Source: Candidatus Latescibacterota bacterium (GTDB lineage: Bacteria; Latescibacterota; UBA2968). From it: 64,000 bases of DNA. This document shows, in pieces, positions 31,438 through 41,245 of this stretch; within the stretch, counting starts at the first letter, position 1; each line of letters begins with the position of its first letter. The stretch is taken from the NCBI GenBank assembly GCA_965198115.1, contig OZ240241.1:2272001-2336000 (forward strand), given 5' to 3'. A program made the position numbers and the translations under genes. Under the pieces are notes generated by a model that was not told the origin of the DNA, did not search any database, and saw only the letters and a list, made by a program, of their open reading frames with translations.

Positions 31438-33030
31438 GGTGGACCCTCCTTTTCGACCTACTGTAGGTCAACGGAGTGTCCAAGAAAACCCCGGGGCGCT
31501 GGAGGGTCCGAATCGATCGTAGAGACCGACCGTCGTTTTGAAATTCCCGCCCCTCCGACCGATACCCTGGCCGACCACGAAAATGGACGCGTCCTCTTCC
31601 ATGGCCGTCGTCAACGCCTCGAGCGTAGCCTCCGTGAACGTCAGTTCTCGTGTGCGTGCGCGAGGATCGGCCGCAACGAATGGTGCCACGTCATCGCTGT
31701 AGACGAAATCTGCCGCGGTGCTCGGATCGGGCAATGGACTGTCCTCCGCGAACGCCATCGCTTCTCCGACACGGACGTCGATCTCCTGATCAATCGCATC
31801 GAATTCCCCATCCTCCACCCCTCCCTCCCCCACCACCTTCTGACGGAAAGTGACAATCGGATCTCGCGCCTTCCAGACCTCGATCTCCTCTTCCGTTCGA
31901 TACCCGGCTAGCCGCATGCCTTCCGCGTGAGGACGCGTGCGATACGTCTTGCACTCGATCAGCGTCGGCCCCTCTCCTTTTCTCGCCCGCTCGACGGCTT
32001 CCTTTGCTACATCGTAAACCGCAAGCACGTCGTTCCCGTCAACAATCGCGCTCGGAAGCCCGTATGCCGGCCCACGGTTACCCACGTCGGGGTTAGCCGA
32101 GGCATTGTCGAACGGCATCTCCGTCGCAAACTGATTGTTCTCGCAAACGAAGACCACAGGCAGATCCCAGATCGTCGCCAGGTTGATGCCCTCGTGGAAG
32201 GCGCCGTTCCCCACGGCCCCATCCCCGAAGAACGCAACCCCGATCTGATCCTTCTTCAAGAGCTGGAAGGAATAGCCCGCTCCCGTTGCCTGCAGAATGC
32301 TCGGACCCACGATGCCGCTCGTGCCCATCAACCCCACCTCGGGCGCAAACAGATGCATGCTGCCGCCGCGGCCTTGCGCGCAACCGGATTGCCGACCCAT
32401 CAGCTCGGCCGCCACGGCTCTTGGAGCCACTCCCTTCGCGAGCGCGTGCCCGTGACCCCGGTGGGTGCTGAACACGGCATCGCCACCATTCAGGTGCGCG
32501 CAGACTCCAACCGCAATCGCTTCTTCTCCCACATAAGTATGGCACGCGCCCGGAATCAGACCTGAAGCGTGTGCTTCTGCGAAACGTTCCTCACAGCCCC
32601 TGATCTGAGCCATCTCCCGGTAGAGCGACAGCAGCGTATCCTTGGACAACGTCGTTTCCATACCAGATCCTGTCTGTGTCGTTTTAGGTTCTTTCACGCA
32701 GAAGTGTGGATGGCCGCCATATCTCCAGGTAATCTTCATTTCGCGTCTTCTCTTTTGTGACCAAAAGAGAAACAGAAAAGTCCCGCTCAAGCGCCGCGGG
32801 GGCTTGTGGCCCACGCCGGCAGTACGATCGAGGACGGTGACGACACCTGTGACAACCCCGAAGTGCCTCCCCCCCAACCCTATCCCCCCTGGAGTTGAAG
32901 GCGCGACGTTGCTCGCTGCCGCCTTTACCTGGGCCGCTATCACGTGGGGTGACAGGCTTTTCAACCGTCTTTAGGAGCGCCTGGTTCCGATCTATCCCAC
33001 TAACTAAAGCGTGAGGGACCTCTTTTTAAT

Positions 33031-33646
33031 GGCTATATCCGGATCTCTCAACGAGATGAAGTGGGTGAAGGTGCCGTGGTTCCTGGCATGGGGGCGCGGT
33101 TAGAGTGTGCGGAACCTCTTCGGAATCTGCTCAGGGATGTTTATGTCTCCGACGGTAAGGAAGATCATATCGTTGAATGCGTCGAGTGTGCGGAATCCGC
33201 TGGCTCGGTTCTTGACGATTTGGACGATTCGGTTGAGGCCTTCGGCGATGGCGTTGGTAAGACGCGTGTTCACGAATGCGAGGACGCCGAAGAAGTGCTG
33301 TCGCAGGGTCCTGACGAACTTTCGCAGGGGTTCAAGTCGACTTCTGAGTGCGGACGTCGTCCAGCATTTCAGGAAGCGTTCGGCAGCCCAGGGCGCTTTG
33401 TATTCCCAGAACTGCTCGAACTCGTCCTTGAGTCTCCAGGCTCTATAGATTCGGTAGTTCGCCTCCTCAAACCACCAGCTGACAACACGGAACCCCTTGA
33501 ATCTCAGCAGTTTCGATAGTAATCTGCTCCCGGTCATAGGTCGCACCCCCTTCGCTTTGATTGTCCTACACACACAACCAAGCGTAGGGAACGATCTATG
33601 ACCTTGTCATTCTATAGTTTCACCGTTGAGAAACCCGGATAGAGCC
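33031..33646 (-). mobile_element. ISL3 copy 2, internally deleted derivative (616 bp)
   Basis: Both ends match copy 1. An 804-bp in-frame deletion joins SWWFE to EANYRIY. Flanking duplication CTTTTTAAT at 33022-33030 and 33647-33655. Confidence 0.93.
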
Positions 33647-33654
33647 CTTTTTAA

Positions 33655-34476
33655 TCAGGTTTGTTCAGCCGGTGCACCCGGCATCCCGGGATGCGATCCG
33701 CCGGCGTTCTTGGCCAGGTTGCCCCCGTCCAACGGAATCATCGCTCCCGTGACGAAAGACGACGCGTCGGAGGCCAGGAAGATCGCCAGCCCCTTGATTT
33801 CTTCGGGCTCGCCCAGCCGGCCGATCGGGATTCCCCGCAGATACGTCTCGCCCAGAACAGCGTCTGCACTTATCCGTACACGCAACTCGTCGTTCATGAT
33901 CTGTGCACATACGATCGCGTTGACACGAACGCCTTTGGCCGCCCACTCCGTGCTCAGCTCCCGCGTCATCTGAGCGGCACCGCCCATGGCGATGCTGTAA
34001 ACGAGGTGACTCCGTCCCAGCGCCGTGAGACCGGCGATCGACACGAGGTTGATGATGCTGCCCCGACCGGCTTCCAGCATGCGTTTGCCGGCTTCCTGGC
34101 AGCTGACTAGGCGCCCAACTACCAGATTCCGCAGTGTGAACTCCAGATCCGCCTCGGTCACCTTCAGCGGTGCGTCGCGCTTCGAGGCGCCCGCGATGTT
34201 GGCCAGGACGTCAAGTCGCCCCCATTCACGATCTACCTGCTGATACATGCTTCGAATCACGTCGGGGTCGGACATGTCGCACACGACGGGCAACGCGCGT
34301 CGACCGAGCGCTTCGATCTCCTCTCCGGTCCGCTGCGCGCCCTCCGCATCGATATCGGCGAGCACGATGTCCGCGCCTACTTCGGCCAGACCCATCGCAA
34401 TGGCCTTTCCGAGCCCACTCGCGGCGCCTGAAACGATAGCCACGCGGTCGGTCAGGTCAAACAGTGGATGTGCCAC
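33655..34476 (-). CDS. SDR-family oxidoreductase
   Basis: Motifs SGAASGLG, NIAG, YSIAM (Lys replaced), VRVNAI and DGG. Confidence 0.92.
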   Translation of the reverse strand: MAHPLFDLTDRVAIVSGAASGLGKAIAMGLAEVGADIVLADIDAEGAQRTGEEIEALGRRALPVVCDMSDPDVIRSMYQQVDREWGRLDVLANIAGASKRDAPLKVTEADLEFTLRNLVVGRLVSCQEAGKRMLEAGRGSIINLVSIAGLTALGRSHLVYSIAMGGAAQMTRELSTEWAAKGVRVNAIVCAQIMNDELRVRISADAVLGETYLRGIPIGRLGEPEEIKGLAIFLASDASSFVTGAMIPLDGGNLAKNAGGSHPGMPGAPAEQT

Positions 34477-34499
34477 ATTCAGGGCCCTCCAGGTCGATC

Positions 34500-34517
34500 G
34501 AAATCTTCGAAGATTTC
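34500..34517. promoter_or_regulatory. perfect 18-bp palindrome, candidate operator between divergent SDR genes
   Basis: GAAATCTTCGAAGATTTC. Confidence 0.4.
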
Positions 34518-34741
34518 TTGGCTTCGGGTTATTAGATTCATCCCTTCAGACGCGGTATTTAATGAGGCACCGACGGACGGGTCAAGTCTCATCGCGGCGA
34601 TGCCCGCCACACGACCGAAGGACCGCATGCCACCACTGGATACCCAATCGCGGCTTGAGCAGTTCGACATCCTGACATTCGGCGTCTTTCCGCCCTTGTC
34701 AGAGGATGAGGCGATGGATCAGGAACTAGGAGAACTCGATT

Positions 34742-35689
34742 ATGGCCGAAGGTAAACTGACGGGCAAAGTCGCCATCGTCACGGGCGGAGCGACGGGTAT
34801 CGGCGGGGGTATCGCGGACAAGCTCGTGGTAGATGGATCGCGAGTCCTGATCGTCGACATCGACGAGGCCGGTGCGGCCGCACGAGCGAAGCAGATCCAG
34901 GACGCAGGTGGTGAGGCGACCAGCATGGTCGGTGACGTCTCCACCGAGGAAGTCGCGAAAGCGATGGTAGAGCGCGCCGTCAGCGAGTTCGGCCGTCTCG
35001 ACATCCTCGTGCAGAATGCCTACGGCGTCATCGGTCTCCAGGATGGCAGCGCCCTGGAAACGACCGTCGAGAGCTGGCACAAGGGGATGAACCTTCTCGT
35101 GATGGCGCATTTCCTGGGAGCCAAATACGGCGTGCCAGCGATGCAGGAATCTGGGCCTCCCGATGGATACGATCCCGGCCCGTGGCAAGGCAAAGGCCTG
35201 CGTCACGGTACGCCTCCGCCATCGGAGATCGGACGGATCATCAACATCTCATCCGTGCACGGTTTGCTGCAGGCCGCCGGAACCATGGTCTACGAAACCG
35301 GCAAAGCCGCCGTCAACGGCCTGACGCGTCAGATGGCCATCGACTTCGGTCCGCTCGGGATCACCGTCAACGCCATCGCCCCAGGACACATGGTGACCGA
35401 AAACCTGGAAAAACTGTGGGCGGATGTCGCCAACGAAGCCGGCTTTCATCTCGAGGAGCTCCAGTATCCGGTCCGCAGAACCGGAACACCGGAAGACATC
35501 GGGAACGCCGTTTCGTTCCTGTGCTCGGAAGAGGCCGCTTTCATCACTGGTGTCGTACTCCCGGTCGATGGCGGTTTGAGCATTCAGCTCCAGGAGAACA
35601 TCGTCCTGGAGTTGAAGAACTACATTCAGGAGAATCCGGGGCTCAAAACGTTCTTCGACGGCGGCTTCGGCACCGGCGACCGACGGTAG
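34742..35689 (+). CDS. SDR-family oxidoreductase
   Basis: Motifs TGGATGIG, NISS, YETGK, VNAIAPG and VDGG. Carries a Pro/Gly-rich insertion. Confidence 0.92.
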   Translation: MAEGKLTGKVAIVTGGATGIGGGIADKLVVDGSRVLIVDIDEAGAAARAKQIQDAGGEATSMVGDVSTEEVAKAMVERAVSEFGRLDILVQNAYGVIGLQDGSALETTVESWHKGMNLLVMAHFLGAKYGVPAMQESGPPDGYDPGPWQGKGLRHGTPPPSEIGRIINISSVHGLLQAAGTMVYETGKAAVNGLTRQMAIDFGPLGITVNAIAPGHMVTENLEKLWADVANEAGFHLEELQYPVRRTGTPEDIGNAVSFLCSEEAAFITGVVLPVDGGLSIQLQENIVLELKNYIQENPGLKTFFDGGFGTGDRR

Positions 35690-36083
35690 TCTATACGTCG
35701 CCAGGGAAACTGTGGCTGATAACGATCGTCTGGAGCTGAGATCCCTGGGGCAGCCTGATCTGTATCCATCGTCGCGACGAGGACCAACCGGATGAGTGTT
35801 CAAACAGCAAAACCAAAACCCGGTTCGCCCTGTCCCAATGGTGGCACAATCTCCAAGTGCTCCCGATCGGGAACTCATCGCTGGAAGAGACCGAATCTTT
35901 CGTGTCGTCACAGTGTCCGGGTTCCCGATCGTCAACCCTACCCCAGACTGCATCGTCCCGCACACACTTGGACCCTCACCAGATCCTCCCTCTTTCCTGA
36001 AAACCGACGATGGGCTCGTCCTGAACCTCTGTCTATCCATCGGAGTTGCGGCGAGGGGAACGCGACGACCGAGTTAACCTCTC

Positions 36084-37514
36084 GTGTCTGACGAACTGTC
36101 CGGTTACGATCTGTTGGGACAAGCCGAACTGGTCCATAACGGATCCCTATCCCCGCTCGAACTCGTCGATGCGGCCATCGCACGGGTCGAACGGGCCAAC
36201 CCGAAACTCAACGCTGTCGTCATCCCCCTGTTCGATTCGGCCCGTGACGCCGCGCGGCAGCCCCTACCCGACGGCCCGTTCAAAGGCGTTCCTTACCTGC
36301 TCAAGGATCTGATCGCCACGTGTGAGGGTGTCCGGCAGACCTCCGGATCGGTCGTGCTCAAGGATGTCGTCGCCGATCGCGACTCTGAATTAGTGAAACG
36401 CCTGAAGCGGTCCGGCCTGATCATCCTCGGCAAAACGAACACACCCGAGCTCGGCTGCCACGTCACCACCGAACCCCGCCTCTTCGGGCCGACGCGCAAC
36501 CCCTGGGATACGAACTTCATCGCGGGAGGCTCCAGCGGAGGGTCGGCCGCCGCGGTTGCGGCTGGAATGGTCCCCGCCGCTCACGCCAACGATGGCGGTG
36601 GATCGATCCGCATCCCCGCCTCTTGCTGCGGGGTCTTCGGACTCAAACCCACCCGAGCGCGTATTCCACTCGAGCCCGAAGCAGGGAGTCTGGCCAGTGG
36701 CACGGTGGTCGAACACGCGATCACGCGCTCTGTTCGGGACAGCGCTGCGCTGCTCGACGCCACGGCAGGACCTGCGCCGGGCGACCCCTACGCCGCTCCC
36801 CCACCGACGCGTCCGTTTCGTCAAGAAGTGGGATCTGGCCCGGGCACCCTCCGGATCGCCTTCTCCACGCAGCCCCCTTTCGGCGGCGACCCCCATCCGG
36901 ATTGCATCCGAGCCGTCGAAGCCGCAACACAACTCTGCGCCGATCTGGGCCATATCGTCGAAGAGGCTACGCCGCCCGTGGATGGTGAACGTTTCCTCGC
37001 CGCCATCGATGTTTCAGCTTCCACATCGACCGTGAGAACCATCGATGCCCTCGCTCGAACCATGGCCCGGACGTTCACGGATGACGACTTGGATCCCCTG
37101 ACCTGGGTCATCTACGAAATCGGCAAAGGACACAGTGCCGCGGACTATCTCGAGGCCACGACGCGCCTCCAGCAGCTCGGTCGGACGATGGCCGATTTTC
37201 TGACGGACCACGATGTCTGGTTGACGCCGACTTTGCGTAAACCTCCGGTCCGATTGGGCGCATTCGATCGGCGGTCGGACGAGTCCGCCGTCGAATGGAA
37301 CCGCCGTGTTTGGTCCTATATCCCCTTCACTCCCATCTGCAACGCCTCGGGTCAGCCTGCGATAACCGTCCCGCTCCACTGGAATCAGGCGGGTCTACCC
37401 GTGGGCATCCACTTCGCTGGCCGGTATGGAGATGAAGCCACACTCCTGCGTCTGGCTGGACAGCTCGAAGAAGCCCGCCCGTGGAAGAATCGAAGTCCAG
37501 CTGTCTCTGCCTGA
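36084..37514 (+). CDS. amidase signature family enzyme
   Basis: Motifs [27 protein letters not shown] and [10 protein letters not shown]. Confidence 0.95.
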   Translation: MSDELSGYDLLGQAELVHNGSLSPLELVDAAIARVERANPKLNAVVIPLFDSARDAARQPLPDGPFKGVPYLLKDLIATCEGVRQTSGSVVLKDVVADRDSELVKRLKRSGLIILGKTNTPELGCHVTTEPRLFGPTRNPWDTNFIAGGSSGGSAAAVAAGMVPAAHANDGGGSIRIPASCCGVFGLKPTRARIPLEPEAGSLASGTVVEHAITRSVRDSAALLDATAGPAPGDPYAAPPPTRPFRQEVGSGPGTLRIAFSTQPPFGGDPHPDCIRAVEAATQLCADLGHIVEEATPPVDGERFLAAIDVSASTSTVRTIDALARTMARTFTDDDLDPLTWVIYEIGKGHSAADYLEATTRLQQLGRTMADFLTDHDVWLTPTLRKPPVRLGAFDRRSDESAVEWNRRVWSYIPFTPICNASGQPAITVPLHWNQAGLPVGIHFAGRYGDEATLLRLAGQLEEARPWKNRSPAVSA

Positions 37515-37622
37515 CTCTTATGACCCAGTAAGTCTGTTTCGAAATCAGAGGATTTCAATATCTTGCCAGAGCCGAAACCCCGGTTCAGGGACCGAAAGAG
37601 TCACTGTCTGTGAGGAACCGTA

Positions 37623-38402
37623 ATGCCGACTACCTATGACACCGACCAGCTCCTCCAAGAATGGCGGATCAACGGATTCGTCGTCTTCGAAGATCTGATC
37701 CCCACTGAGACGATCGACCGCATCCGGGAAGCCTGGATCCCTATCCGGGAAGCGGGTGTCGAAGAACAAGGCCCGGAACCCGTCCGTGGAACGGGACGCT
37801 ACAACGTACGGGTACCCTTCCGAAGGCCCTTCGTCGATCCGGACATCTTCGAGCATCCCTCGCTCGTCAAGTTCCTCGAAGGCGCACTCGGAGAGGACTA
37901 TGTTTGGAATCACTTCGATTCCAACATTCCAATCGAAACCTGCCGCGACTATCAGCGTTGGCATCGGGATACGCGAATCCCATTCCCGGGCCTGATGACG
38001 CCCTCCTACACGGTCGGCATCAAGTTTCCCCTTGTTGACACGAATGAAGAAAACGGAAGCATAGAGGTCTTGCCGGGAACGCAGTTTATCTCGGACAGTG
38101 ACCTTCAGGACGACCTGGATCGCGTCTTCGGCAAAGGAGAAAACAGGCGCGGGCGCTATTCATCCGTGCGTCTCAACCTGAAAAAGGGCTCAATCTGGAT
38201 CCACGACGCGCGCGTTTTCCACCGTGGGACGCCCAACTACACTGACGTCCCTCGCGACGAGCTTTGTATGCCGATGAGTCGTCCGTGGCTCTTCAATAAA
38301 TGGCAGTGCGAACACACGGAGCCCCACTTTCCACGCGATCTGTGGGAGAGTTTGTCCAATCACGCACGCCACGTTCTGCGCCGGCAACGCGTAAAGGACT
38401 AA
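37623..38402 (+). CDS. PhyH-family dioxygenase (tandem copy 1)
   Basis: Motifs WHRD, ENGSIEVLPGTQ, VFHRG and R. Confidence 0.92.
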   Translation: MPTTYDTDQLLQEWRINGFVVFEDLIPTETIDRIREAWIPIREAGVEEQGPEPVRGTGRYNVRVPFRRPFVDPDIFEHPSLVKFLEGALGEDYVWNHFDSNIPIETCRDYQRWHRDTRIPFPGLMTPSYTVGIKFPLVDTNEENGSIEVLPGTQFISDSDLQDDLDRVFGKGENRRGRYSSVRLNLKKGSIWIHDARVFHRGTPNYTDVPRDELCMPMSRPWLFNKWQCEHTEPHFPRDLWESLSNHARHVLRRQRVKD

Positions 38403-38431
38403 CAGATCACATAACCCGAGAAGGAAACCCC

Positions 38432-39211
38432 GTGCCATCCACTTATGATACCGATCAGCTTCTGGAGGAATGGCGGATCAACGGATTCGTCGTATTCGAG
38501 GACATCATCCCGGAAGAAACGATCGACCGAATCCGTGAAGCCTGGATCCCTATACGGGAGCAGGACGTGAACGATCAAGGTCCGCTTCCGTCCCGAGGAG
38601 AAGGACGCTACAGCGTACGCGTACCGTTCGAACAACCCTTCGTGGATCCGGAGATCTTCGAGCATCCCAGGTTAGTCGAGTTCCTCGCAGAGATTCTGGG
38701 TGACGATTACGTCTGGGCGCATTTCGACTCGAATGTCCCTTTGCCATCCTGTCGCGACTACCAGAATTGGCACCGGGATTGTCCTCCCCTTTTCCCCGGA
38801 GTCGTGACCCCGGCTTACGACATTGGGGTGAAGTTCCCGCTCGTGGATACGAGTGAAGGAAACGGCAGTATCGAGGTGATTCCTGGGACCCAATATGTGA
38901 CCGACATCGAGCCTCACTGGGATCAGGATCATATTTTCGGCAATGACGCCGAGCCCCGTGGTCGGTATTCGTCGAGCCGTCTCAATCTCAAGAAAGGCTC
39001 CATTTGGCTCCAGGATCCCAGGGTATTCCATCGGGGCACTCCCAACTACTCCGACGTTCCCCGCGATGAACTCTGTATGGGCATGTCCCAGGCGTGGTAC
39101 TTCAGCCAGTGGCAACACGAATACACCGAACCGCACTTCCCTCGCGATTTGTGGGAGAGTCTGTCCGATCACGCACGTCAGGTACTGCGATGGCAGAGGG
39201 TGAAGGATTAG
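38432..39211 (+). CDS. PhyH-family dioxygenase (tandem copy 2)
   Basis: GTG 38432. Same length and same termini as copy 1. Motifs WHRD and VFHRG. Confidence 0.92.
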   Translation: MPSTYDTDQLLEEWRINGFVVFEDIIPEETIDRIREAWIPIREQDVNDQGPLPSRGEGRYSVRVPFEQPFVDPEIFEHPRLVEFLAEILGDDYVWAHFDSNVPLPSCRDYQNWHRDCPPLFPGVVTPAYDIGVKFPLVDTSEGNGSIEVIPGTQYVTDIEPHWDQDHIFGNDAEPRGRYSSSRLNLKKGSIWLQDPRVFHRGTPNYSDVPRDELCMGMSQAWYFSQWQHEYTEPHFPRDLWESLSDHARQVLRWQRVKD

Positions 39212-39213
39212 GA

Positions 39214-39231
39214 ACCACCGAGCACACAGAG
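39214..39231 (-). repeat. 18-bp motif family B, copy 2
   Basis: Reverse complement reads CTCTGTGTGCTCGGTGGT. Confidence 0.5.
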
Positions 39232-39259
39232 GGTTGCGTCTATCCGAAAAAACGGACGG

Positions 39260-39353
39260 CGTCAGTTCGAGCGAAGTCGAGAACACGCCTATTGCCAAAC
39301 GCGACCAAGGACTTCCCGAAAAACCGACACTTCGACTCGCGCTCAGTGTGACG
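39260..39353. repeat. inverted pair of family A REP-like palindromes
   Basis: CGTCAGTTCGAGCGAAGTCGAGAAC (39260-39284) and CACTTCGACTCGCGCTCAGTGTGACG (39328-39353). Confidence 0.7.
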
Positions 39354-39384
39354 GTGTTGTTGTCATTCATGAAAATGAGGAAAA

Positions 39385-40165
39385 ATGCTATCGGTTCTAA
39401 AGAACAAAGTAGCCGTCGTGACAGGTGGAAGCCGTGGGATTGGGAAGGCGACTGCCCATCGGCTGGCTAAGGAAGGGTGCGACATCCTGCTCGTCGCTCA
39501 AACGCCCGGAAACCTCGAGAACGCTTCGAAGGAGATCTCGGAAACGGGTAGACGCATCGAAGTTTGTGCGACCGACCTCAGAACACTCGAAGGCTGTGAC
39601 GTGGTGTTGTCCGCCCTCGAATCCACGTTCGGCAACGTCGACATCCTGATCAATTGTGCCGGGGCAACCAAGGGAGGACTCTTTCTCGAGACACCCGACG
39701 AGCTCTGGCAGGATGGGTTCGCGTTGAAATTTTACGGGGCTGTCCGCGTGACGAGACTTCTCTGGCCCAGGCTCAAGGAGAGGCGCCGTCGTCAACATCA
39801 TCGGAGGGTTCGCGCGAACACCCGATCCAGACTTCATGATCGGGGGCGCCGTCAACGCCGCGTTCGCCAATTTCAGCAAGGCCCTCGCGGGGCTCGGTCT
39901 CCGCGACGACGTGAACGTCAACGCCATCCACCCCGGTATCACGATCACCGATCGAATGGAGGAGCTGTTCGAAGGACGTGCGAAACTCGCCAACACGACG
40001 GTCGAAGAGGCCAAACGAGCCGCGATGGAGCGGGACGGCACCCGCCGACTGGGCCAACCAGAGGATGTCGCCGAGCTCGCGTGTTTTCTGTGCTTGCCGC
40101 AAGCGAGACATCTTCAGGGAACGGCGATTTCCGTGGATGGGGGTTCAACGGCGGGCGTGTACTAG
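39385..40165 (+). pseudogene. SDR-family oxidoreductase, frameshifted
   Basis: Motifs TGGSRGIG and NCAG. After about 39781, AVVNIIG..VNAIHPG..VDGG continues in another frame. Confidence 0.87.
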
Positions 40166-40168
40166 TGT

Positions 40169-40194
40169 GCCCCCGTGCAGAGCACGGGGGCGAG
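40169..40194 (+). repeat. hairpin family C, copy 2
   Basis: GCCCCCGTGC-AGA-GCACGGGGGC followed by GAG, directly after the stop. Confidence 0.6.
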
Positions 40195-40262
40195 CGTGTC
40201 GCAAGTTGATTACGGGCGGGCAGGAGCCCGCACCCACGCGATCCGGAATAGCAGGAGAAGCG

Positions 40263-41153
40263 ATGCCGCACTACTCAGACGTTCCGTTCGTTCTCAACAA
40301 AGACCTCGGGCGTCCGCAATTGCCGACGGAGGATGCCTACTGTAGGGTCGACTCCGAGGGCAGACCGGTCCCCGAACTGACCACTGAGGAAAAATATGCG
40401 TTCGACCTTCGCGGCTGGCTGCTCATTCCCAGCGTGACCCAGGATGAGATGGGGCCGATGCGCGAGCACCTCCGGCAACTTCACGAAGACGAAGAGTCCA
40501 TCCCCGAGAAGGATCGATCCTCGCTCGGTGGGCCTTGCGTCAGCCTGATCGATCATCCCGTCGTCGTCGCATTCATGAACGAGTTCGTCTACAACCCGTT
40601 CACCGACGGCACGAAGACCCCGCCGCTGGGGAATCAGAAGTGCTATGGTTTCCGGATGGAGTATAGCTTTTCTCAGTACCGTACCGCAGGAGACGGCAAG
40701 TTCGTGCCGCACAACGGTGGAGGTATGATGCGCGTACCCGGCGACCACCATACCTACCACGCATTCCCGGGTTACGCCAAGTCAGTCCTCACACGCGCGT
40801 TGTGGGAACTCAACCCTGTCCAGGAAAGCAAAGGCGGCACACTCTTCGTCAGCGGGAGTCATAAAGCCGCCTTCCCCGCGCCCGAAGAGGAGATCGAGAA
40901 AATGGACTCTCCCTTTTGGGATACGTATGCGTGTCCAGCGGGATCCGTTCTCTTCTTCACCGAAGCCGTCACACACAGCTCTTCCATCTGGACGGACGAA
41001 GCAAATCCACGTATCGCGATTTTCAATTCTTACAACATGATCGGGAGCAAGTGGCACAACTGGGATCCGCATCCGGATCTGGTGGCAGAGATGCCTGCGC
41101 AACGTCAGTCCCTTTTCCGACCGGTTTACGTGAGCGGGAATGTCGTGGGATAA
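40263..41153 (+). CDS. PhyH-family dioxygenase, HNG variant
   Basis: SD AGGAG. Motifs EKYAFDLRGWL, PHNGGG, GGTLFVSGSH, AGSVLFFTEAVTH and R. Confidence 0.87.
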   Translation: MPHYSDVPFVLNKDLGRPQLPTEDAYCRVDSEGRPVPELTTEEKYAFDLRGWLLIPSVTQDEMGPMREHLRQLHEDEESIPEKDRSSLGGPCVSLIDHPVVVAFMNEFVYNPFTDGTKTPPLGNQKCYGFRMEYSFSQYRTAGDGKFVPHNGGGMMRVPGDHHTYHAFPGYAKSVLTRALWELNPVQESKGGTLFVSGSHKAAFPAPEEEIEKMDSPFWDTYACPAGSVLFFTEAVTHSSSIWTDEANPRIAIFNSYNMIGSKWHNWDPHPDLVAEMPAQRQSLFRPVYVSGNVVG

Positions 41154-41245
41154 GGCCACCGCTGAAAGCGAGGCGCGCAGACCAAAATGGACCCCGGTTA
41201 AGAAGCATACCGGGGTGACAATCGCTTTTTTCTGAGGGAGTACAT

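Larger units (their letters stand above)
30124..31503 (-). mobile_element. IS3-family-like IS (1380 bp) with a 15-bp target duplication
   Basis: Direct repeat GGGTCCGAATCGATC at 30109-30123 and 31504-31518. Imperfect IRs TGTAAAGCCCGCGGTTGTCTGGACACTC / TCCAGCGCCCCGGGGTTTTCTTGGACACTC. Confidence 0.92.
29281..32661 (-). pseudogene. fused TPP-dependent 2-oxoacid/acetoin dehydrogenase E1 alpha+beta, interrupted by the IS3-like element
   Basis: Alpha part: HRGHGH, GRGGSMH, FGDGA..N. Beta part: DTPICE, HHSG, FLEH, IDPRTL. Removing the IS and one copy of the duplication restores GLYDRFGPERLRDTPICE. Confidence 0.93.
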
